NCBI GenBank assembly: GCA_964016885.1
Contig: OZ024740.1
Location: forward strand, 184,946,001 to 185,010,000
Length of the DNA: 64,000 nt
Direction of reading: 5' to 3'
From: Eledone cirrhosa
Lineage: Eukaryota
Positions within the stretch are counted from its first letter, which is position 1. Each line of letters begins with the position of its first letter. Both the position numbers and the translations under genes were made by a program. Below are positions 51,364 to 64,000 of the stretch, piece after piece. Under the pieces are notes generated by a model, which saw only the letters and a list, made by a program, of their open reading frames with translations, searched no databases and was not told the origin of the DNA.

Positions 51364-52080
51364 ATCATCATCATCATCGTCAATTTTACATCTGCTTTTC
51401 CATGCTTGCATGGGTTGGATGTGTTACTTCATCATCTCTTCTGTGAGTTTCAGTGATTTGATTCAGCTCTCACTACCTCTACTGCAGCTTCTTTCCACTG
51501 GAACTTCTTCTCCCAGTTATCATCATCCATGTGCATCACATGTTCATACCAATGATATCTTCTCTTCTGCACATAGCCTCAAATTCCTCTTCAACCCAGC
51601 TTCTCCCTCAACTCGTCCAAGCTCTGCCTTTCTCTCACATTTACATTGCACATCTAACAAAGCATGGCTGCTTCATTTCTCTCCAGTCTACACATGTCTT
51701 CTGCAGCCACAGCCCATGTTTCACTACCGTGCAGCATTGCATTTTGCACTCAAGCATCATAAAGTCATCCTTTTGTATGTAGGGAGAAACCTTTTTTAGT
51801 CAACAGTGGGAGTAGTTCTTTACAGATTTTCCATCCTATCCTTATTCTAGCTATTATGCACTCAGCACATTCCTCCACTAATAATTAAGTCACCTAGGTA
51901 GAAGCTCTTCACCACTTCTATAGACCTTTCTTGTGACTGGAAAAGGTTTATTATATCACTGATGCTTTTCCCCTCAATTACCCATGTGCACCTTCTAAAT
52001 ACGTCTTCCTTTCCCATTAGTTGACCGATTATCCCACTCCATCTCTTGTGTAACCCAAGAATTACATTGTGTACATCGTA
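51364..52080 (-). pseudogene. Degenerate copy of the PHD-RT LINE family
   Basis: Reverse complement gives LHKRWSGIIGQL (PHD remnant)...SIEVVKSFYLGDLIISGG...ARIRIGWK..ELLPLL..KGFSL...AMLHGSETWAV. (CAT)n tail at 51364. Confidence 0.8.
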
Positions 52081-52435
52081 TGTACATCCTTTTCTTAAGG
52101 TATGTGAATGGATTTGTATCTCTCTGTCTGAAACTGACACTACTTTAAACACATGCTATATTTTGTTTATGTCATACAACCGGAAATTTCAATAATTAGA
52201 TATCATTTAAAAATGAGTACTAGGTTAGATATGTATGTAAATTTTTAGTATGAGTGCAGTCCAATCACTGGAAGCAGTAAAATAATAAGATCGTTTTTTT
52301 TTAAGAGTAAAAGAAGAAGGATCAAAATAATTTTCATATGCTTTCCTGCCTTATATGAAAAATGAATGGATAAAACAAACAAACCTATTATCCAGAGAAA
52401 AATAGATATATCAATCACTATTGTGAGAGTAAGGG

Positions 52436-52696
52436 GATATGTGGGATAGTGGTAAAGGCGTTGGACTCATGATCTTAATATTGTGGGTTCAATTCTTGGA
52501 CAGAGTTGAGTGTTGTGTTCTTGAGCAAAACACTTCATTGTATACTTAGCTGAATATGAGTACCAGCAGCAAGAGCTGGGGGTTTTAACTCTGTGAGGGA
52601 CTGGCATCTTGTCCAGGGGGTATCGTGTACTCTGTTGCTTAATGCCATGGAACCAGGATAGGACCAGCCTGATGAGACTCTGGGTTCGAGACAGGC
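52436..52696 (+). mobile_element. CORE+V-domain SINE
   Basis: TAGTGGTAAAGGCG...GGGTTCAATTC (A/B boxes), TGTGTTCTTGAGCAAAACACTT, GGACTGGCATCTTGTCCAGGGG. Confidence 0.75.
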
Positions 52697-52726
52697 ATTT
52701 TATTTAGGTTTTGTGGGTTCTTCATT

Positions 52727-52776
52727 TACAAGATTAAGAGATGTTGATCTAGAGATCAACATCTCTCAATCTTGTA
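52727..52776. repeat. 24-bp-arm hairpin
   Basis: TACAAGATTAAGAGATGTTGATCT-AG-AGATCAACATCTCTCAATCTTGTA (1 mismatch). Confidence 0.9.
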
Positions 52777-53593
52777 TGAAAAATCGACATGAAAATTCCA
52801 ACTTGCCTATTTGCAATGCACACACACCTAAAGTATGATTGATACTAAAAAGAAAAAATTAATGATGGAAAACTTCCATAACACACTCGATTACAAATAA
52901 AATAATATATTAAGGTTCAATATATTTTCTTGGTAAACAGTACTGTATTTTGACCAACATTATGCTGTAGGTACTTTGTAAAAAAAGAAAACATTAAGCT
53001 ACTGACTTTTATGATAGAAGTAAGAATTTATTTCAAACAAACATTATCATTTTATTGGAATGATTACATACTGAAGGCTATTTGGTTTTCTGATACATAA
53101 GGAATCATCAATGATTTATCTTGTATTGACAGCAAAACTAAATAAAGAATTGTGTTATGCTTTTAACTGTATAAGATATATGTTCATAGTTACTTTCAAT
53201 TGATGCCAAGATGTAGTGTTAAGTGTCACTCTCACCTATCACATAGTTTATTTTATTATGACATCTTACTATATCAGACACATATAGACACCAGTAACAT
53301 GAGAGATTAAGTCAATATTTATAGGATTCAAATTATCATATATGAAGTCTGAAAGTCTGATAGATGTGGGCTACATTTGTTACTTGGCTATTTTAAAAAA
53401 TATTTTGGGGTGAAATAGTAGAAACATTCAATAATTGATGGGAAAATAATGTTACAGTTTTACAAAGGATTTATTTCTATATGATTTTTATCCTTGAACT
53501 TTTAATAACTTTCAATATTCAATTAGAAAAAAAAAAAGATTAAACAAATTTTAAGTAATAGCAGCCTTATGTTAGTAGTGAAAATGACATTAA

Positions 53594-53783
53594 ATAATTG
53601 TTTATACTTTTGGCACAAGGCCAGCAATTACCCAGTACATTACTGGTACTTTATTTTATTGACCCCGTAAGGATGAAAAGTAAAGTTGACCTCAGCGGGA
53701 TTTGAACTCAGAATAGAAAGGGCCGTAACTCTATGCATCAAAGCATGACGTCCGACCCTCTACCGACACTGCCAATCCACCGC
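53594..53783 (-). mobile_element. Nin-domain-type SINE, subfamily A
   Basis: Diagnostic CTCAGAATAGAAAGGGCCGTAACTCTATGC. Confidence 0.85.
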
Positions 53784-54631
53784 TAATGATAGTAATATCT
53801 AACATATATATATATATGCCTGCCTGCTTGTCTATTTATTTATTTATTTATCTGTCTGTTTTTCTACTTGTCTACCTAATCCTTATTTTTATGTCGACTT
53901 TTTCATGTTGGCATGGGCTTGATAGGACTTTTGTGACACTGTTTTAGAGCTGGATACCCATTCTGACACCAAACTTTTTAGTAATTTCGTATGACATGCA
54001 GGAACATGCTGTACTTATTTAAACTGACGCACTCAGCTATAATATATATATGTATATAAATAAACACTTGATGATAATGGTGAAATTACATTATGTATAT
54101 AAAGCACTTCATAAATAAAATGATCCTTCTCTACCTCTCTCACTCTCCTGCATCTATTTCTAATGGCAGTATTGAATAATTAAACCTAGTGACTTGATTG
54201 TGTTTGTGATCTCAGATCAGAATGAAAAAATAAACACATTTCTCAAAAAACACTTCATTTTGGGTACTTCATGTTAACTAAAATAATCCTTTGATACAGA
54301 ATGAAAGAAAATACTGTTTAACCTTTATTCAACTGAAAATAAGAAAATACTTTGTGTATGAATGAACTTTTTCTTCATTTTCTTCATTCAGAAGTATCTT
54401 TATATTCATTGTTTACAAATACTTCATTCAATTCTTCTTGGCATTCTGTTCCTCAACAAAGTTACTATCTCAGATTGTGTATGGATCATTGCTGTTATGT
54501 ACAGGCTTGATGTTTTTAGCTTTAAGAAAATGATTCTCTAAAAAAGAAACCTCACAAACCAAGACATTCAGTCTCACCTATCCCCTAATCAATAAATGCA
54601 ACCTTACATAGGCACACACATAACTCACTCA

Positions 54632-54692
<61 letters not shown>

Positions 54693-54857
54693 CACACACC
54701 TATGTGTCTGTGTGTGCATATGTATATATATGAGGATATATATATATATACTCATATATATACAAGCAAGCGTGGAAGATGGACGTTAAACGATGATGAT
54801 GATGATATATATATATATATATATAGAAGTGGTTACGCAAAAGTTAGTTCACCATAC

Positions 54858-54895
54858 CGAGAACAATTGTTTCACCTTAGCGGATCCTCAGCTCG
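54858..54895 (-). ncRNA. Minimal type I hammerhead motif (left arm)
   Basis: CGAG-CTGAGGA-T CC GCTAA GG T-GAAA-CAATTG-TT-CTCG. Confidence 0.7.
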
Positions 54896-54910
54896 TAATT
54901 ATTAGGATTA

Positions 54911-54948
54911 CGAGCTGAGGATCTGCTAAGGTGAAACAATTGTTTTCG
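54911..54948 (+). ncRNA. Minimal type I hammerhead motif (right arm)
   Basis: CGAG-CTGAGGA-T CT GCTAA GG T-GAAA-CAATTG-TT-TTCG; both differences from the left arm are compatible with G-U pairs. Confidence 0.65.
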
Positions 54949-55660
54949 GTATGGTGAACGAACTGTTGTCTAACCACTTCTAACTAACTCGTCCCATGGA
55001 CTGAGTGCTCTACCACTACAGATATTACCTTCCAGTGTTCTACCACTATATATATATATATATATAATGTTCCTTTACATATACTTACAGATGCAATTAT
55101 AAATAAATAAAACAAGACAAGACAAAACGAAAAGAAACATATATAGGTACACATATGCATAGGTACTAAACATGAAAGAAAGAATTAGGGATAAATATAA
55201 TCTATGTATTAGTTATACTTTTATACATTTTTTTCCACCTACTTTGAAAAGCAATGTTTAGAATATCCTTGATGATCAAGGAGAAAGATATCTTGGTAAT
55301 CTTGGTAAGTAAAAGAGCAAGATATTCCCAAAGAGAAAAAATAAAAATAAAATGATATTCACTGCAGAAATCTCCAGACGCAGTTTACGGTAATTGTTCA
55401 GTAAATTTAATATATTAATATCAGAGATGAAGAAAAATCAAGAATATTTTTCCGAAACTAGCCATTAAGTTACCATTGAATTCTTTATTTTATTTTTGTT
55501 CTTGTTGTTGTGGTTTGCTTTTTCATTCATTCTTTATTTCTTTACTTATTTATTCCAATTACCACTATTTTCGTTAGAATTGACTTGATGTAATTTTTTT
55601 CTATATAGTAGTTTTCTTTTTAATATATATATGGATATATATATATATATGCACACAGAT

Positions 55661-55693
<33 letters not shown>

Positions 55694-55727
55694 CACACAT
55701 ATATATATATAAACAAATTCAAAAACG

Positions 55728-59952
<4,225 letters not shown>

Positions 59953-60548
59953 AGCTGGTGCTACTGGTAACATGTATCCCAGTACAACCAGTCCCATGGT
60001 CGGGTCGTTGGCGACTACACTGGCAACCCCACCAAGGTTTCTTGGTGAGGAGGGTGACTCTGGACATCCTGCAGGACTAAAAACAAAACCTGTCAAAAGG
60101 CAAAGGGTCTCTTAAGAGTCAATAGCTATCCAAAATCACCAGGAGAGATGACCCCTTAGCCTTTGTCAAGACAGAATTCTAGGAGAAGGAAAACTCTGAT
60201 ATAACACCTGCAACCCTGATGGTATCCAATGATGTTGACTTGTTCTTCTTTTTGGTAAATATCATCGTGGTTAAGAGAGTGGGACTGGCTTTGTGCAGTG
60301 CCTTTGCTCACTATAAAAGCTTCACGGCACAGGCATTGCTTTATATCTGGAGATCTCTGCACTTGTCGTCACATGGTAGCATGGGCCCATCACTATGTGT
60401 CAATAATTGTAACAGGTGTAGTGTTTGGACCAGAGTTTTTAAGTCGCTGGCTGGACTAAAATGTCACACTCGTTCAGCGCATTGGTAGGGGTTCTCCTAC
60501 ATGGATATAAAGTAGTGGCCGTACTCGAAAACGAGTTGGCAGCCACCA
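59953..60548 (+). mobile_element. Internally deleted (bipartite) non-autonomous RTE/BovB-like element in (TA)n
   Basis: Hairpin-rich 5' part with the RTE 5'-UTR-type motif CTAGGAGAAGGAAAACTCTGA. The 3' part encodes a C2H2-like remnant [22 protein letters not shown]. Short 3' stem CTCG-AAAA-CGAG. Confidence 0.65.
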
Positions 60549-60573
60549 TATATATATATATATGTATGTATGC

Positions 60574-60631
<58 letters not shown>

Positions 60632-60737
60632 TTATATATATGTATATATATATGTATATATGTATGTATCTATGTATGTATATATGTATGTATGTATGTA
60701 TATATATATGTATGTATATATGTATGTATGTATATAT

Positions 60738-61505
60738 ACACCTCTGCTAAGATTCGGGTCCCTGTGAAAATTTTCTCGCGCCACTCCTGGCCTGACTGTG
60801 GTCTGACATTAATATCGACCTTTCTTCCTCTTTCTTTCTATCTTCCTTCTTGTAGCCATCAACCCTTACTTTTCTACTTCTCACTTCTCTTCCTTCTCTT
60901 CTCCCCTCTTCCTGTCTTCCTCCTGCAGACTTATCTTCCTTCCCCCTCTTGCTTGCCTATATCTGACCGGTAGTAGTTGCGTTTCCTCTTTTAGCTGACA
61001 TTAACCCTGGCTTCTCTTCTTCTTTCTTCCCCCTTCTTCTCTCTCCTTCCTTTCTTTCTTTCTTTTACCGTGCGTCATGAGATTGACGCTAACTTATGTT
61101 CCCATCCCTTTCTGTTTTCGTTTATCTGACTGGTAGTAGCATACTATACACTTTAGCCACGTCACTCCAGGGCGACCGGCTGAGGTTGAAGGAACAGAAT
61201 AGCGGTCGCCCGCGGGTCCTCGATTTTCCGCCCCATGGATTTCATCTATTACATTCACGTATAATATTTCGAATACCTGATGATATCACCGGATTCATAC
61301 GGAACCCGGTCATTGAAATGATCATAGTATAATAAACCTTTCAAGGATTTACACAAATCCAGCCTCCTGTCATTTCATTCTAATATTTAACTTTGTAATA
61401 GCACCACCAACTACAAAAACAAAGACGGTTGAACTGCCTTACGTTGAGTACGATTGACCATACGGAATAGACCAGCTCTATACAGTGGTGAACATCAAAC
61501 CTGAA
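60738..61505 (+). mobile_element. Penelope-like pLTR / retrozyme-type insert in (TA)n
   Basis: Non-coding; long pyrimidine-rich leader (60820-61070); hammerhead at 61273-61330; (TA)n-type flanks. Confidence 0.62.
61273..61330 (+). ncRNA. Type I hammerhead ribozyme motif with palindromic stem III
   Basis: ATAC-CTGATGA-TATCACCGG..CCGGTCATT-GAAA-TGATCA-TA-GTAT. Confidence 0.72.
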
Positions 61506-61522
61506 TATATATAAATATATAT

Positions 61523-61616
<94 letters not shown>

Positions 61617-61662
61617 GCACATGTATATATATATATATACACATATATATATATATATATAT

Positions 61663-61703
<41 letters not shown>

Positions 61704-61730
61704 TATATATAAATGTATATATACTCATAT

Positions 61731-62098
61731 GATGGTGGATGGGTGCTACACGAGAATGCTGAGGATGGCTCTGAACATTAATCAGTATACACTGAGGATG
61801 AAAAACTCAGAGCTGTATGGGAGCATCCCAAGAGTCAGCTCAACTGTGACACAGAGGAGACTGAGGTTGGCTGGACATGCTCATCGACATCCAGAGTTGA
61901 CATTGCACTCAGTGCTCCTTTGGGAGCCCCTACATGGACACACTAGAAGAGGAAGACCAAGGTTAACATATGTTGATGCCCTAAGGACAGACACTGGTCT
62001 GTTGGAGATGCAGGATATGGCAGCGATAATGAGGGACAGAGACCGCTGGAGAGAACTCGTCCATGGATCTCGGGAATTTTACCCGCCTTAGATAGATA
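61731..62098 (+). mobile_element. 5'-truncated copy of the (TAGA)n-tailed RTE
   Basis: [19 protein letters not shown]...HGSREFYPP*, near-identical to the end of the 37304 ORF; TAGATAGATA tail. Confidence 0.92.
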
Positions 62099-62119
62099 TA
62101 TATATATATATATACACAC

Positions 62120-62180
<61 letters not shown>

Positions 62181-62239
62181 TATATATATATATACACACA
62201 TATATATATATATATATATACTCATATATATATATACTC

Positions 62240-62300
<61 letters not shown>

Positions 62301-62332
62301 TATATATATATACACATATATATATATATACA

Positions 62333-62398
<66 letters not shown>

Positions 62399-62503
62399 CA
62401 CATATATATATATATATATACACACATATATATATATATACTCATACTCATATACACATATATATATATATACTCATATACACATATGACCCTCCCCAAG
62501 TAT

Positions 62504-62556
<53 letters not shown>

Positions 62557-62558
62557 TA

Positions 62559-62600
<42 letters not shown>

Positions 62601-62813
62601 TATATATATACTCATATACACATATATATATATACACATATATATATATATATATACACATATATATATATATACTCATATACACATATATATATATATA
62701 CTCATATACATATATATATATATATACTCATATATATATACATATATATATATATATACTCATATATATATACACATATATATATATACTCATATATATA
62801 TATATATATATAT
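62099..62813. repeat. (TA)n/(CATA)n compound microsatellite
   Basis: Visible directly in the sequence. Confidence 0.96.
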
Positions 62814-63092
62814 CTGTGTGTGTTTATGCATGTCTAGTTGTTCAATTATGCTATTTTCTTCATAGTACTCAGTATACTTCTGAATCTCTTTGTGTAATCT
62901 ATTAAGCAATTTCTTTCATTCCTTCCTTGATTCTTTCCTTCCTTCCTTCCTTCCTTCTTTAGGAAAAGGGAAGCTATTGTTCTTTTCTGTTATTTCTAGG
63001 CAATGTATATATAGTTCATGGCTATATGAATATCTACTTGTGTGTATACACAGACAGCCACACATCCTTTATATATAAATATATATATATAT

Positions 63093-63137
<45 letters not shown>

Positions 63138-63228
63138 CAATAAATTCCTTTCAACTAAACTGTATCCATTCAAATCTTTCTCTCTCTCTATATATATACA
63201 TACATACATACATACAATACACTATATA

Positions 63229-63292
<64 letters not shown>

Positions 63293-63744
63293 CATACATA
63301 CAATACACTATATATGTATGTGTGTGTGTATATATATATTTATATATATATATTCATACATACACGCACTCAAACATGCACCACCTATATATATGCAGGC
63401 AGAAAATGCCATATAAATTCTTTATCATGTACTTATTTATTCTCCTGATGTAGGTAATGGTAATACTAAAATAAATTGGACCTCTTTTCATGGCAACTAT
63501 CAGCTTTGCTTGATATCTGAAGCTAGTAGATACTGCACTACACTGTACTGCACTTTGATAAAGTCTTTCAATTCATTAACCTCTTCTATCTGCTCTTCTT
63601 CTTACTCTTATAAATCTCTCTTTCTCTCTCTTCACCTTCGAGTTAATATATTACTGTTGTCTGTTGACATTTTCAACCATGTTTCTTCTATTGTTTTTGC
63701 CATTCTACCTGACTCGCTGACTTACTCTTCTCCTTCAGTATGAT

Positions 63745-63760
63745 TTATATATATATATAG

Positions 63761-63832
<72 letters not shown>

Positions 63833-63859
63833 ATATATATATATATATAGTAATATATG

Positions 63860-63910
<51 letters not shown>

Positions 63911-63923
63911 GTATATATATATG

Positions 63924-63992
<69 letters not shown>

Positions 63993-64000
63993 GTATATAT
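63745..64000. repeat. (TA)n microsatellite running off the window end
   Basis: Visible directly in the sequence. Confidence 0.96.

Larger units (their letters stand above)
54824..55047 (+). mobile_element. Fold-back insert in (TA)n: 76-bp inverted arms each containing a minimal hammerhead, plus tail
   Basis: Arms 54824-54899 and 54907-54982; tail 54983-55047; (TA)n on both sides. Confidence 0.75.

Noticed and set aside
52664-52696. CTGATGA...CGAGAC at the end of a CORE+V SINE as a hammerhead
   Set aside because: GAGA instead of GAAA, and no convincing stem I/III or UH site.
63505-63710. Possible RT remnant on the minus strand (LKMSTD...EQIEEVNELK)
   Set aside because: Too degenerate to call without a profile search.

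Overview
AT-rich, repeat-saturated eukaryotic (animal) DNA. The SINE types (tRNA-head CORE, CORE+V and Nin-domain SINEs) and the very large (TA)n/(TATG)n arrays suggest an octopus or other cephalopod genome; this is an inference. No host-gene exon could be supported, so the window is intronic or intergenic. The only real protein-coding signals are 5'-truncated RTE-group LINE reverse transcriptases from two families. One family (14218-15456) carries a complete C4HC3 PHD-type zinc finger inserted inside the RT domain. The other (37287-38925, plus two shorter copies) has no 3' UTR: its stop codon is the first unit of a (TAGA)n tail. The most striking unexplained structure is a set of short non-coding inserts, each sitting inside a (TA)n tract, that carry type I hammerhead ribozyme motifs. 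Most also have an inverted partial duplication, and four have a tail with a shared TGAGYRC motif (32076-32678, 33539-33860, 33912-34108, 54824-55047, 60738-61505). This matches Penelope-like element pLTR / retrozyme architecture. The window also holds a non-autonomous Helitron, piggyBac-type TTAA MITEs, an internally deleted RTE with a structured 5' end, a tail-to-tail inverted SINE pair and (TA)n-centred fold-back palindromes. All long IY/YI/MY-rich ORFs in the track are microsatellite artefacts. Folds and alignments were done by eye.
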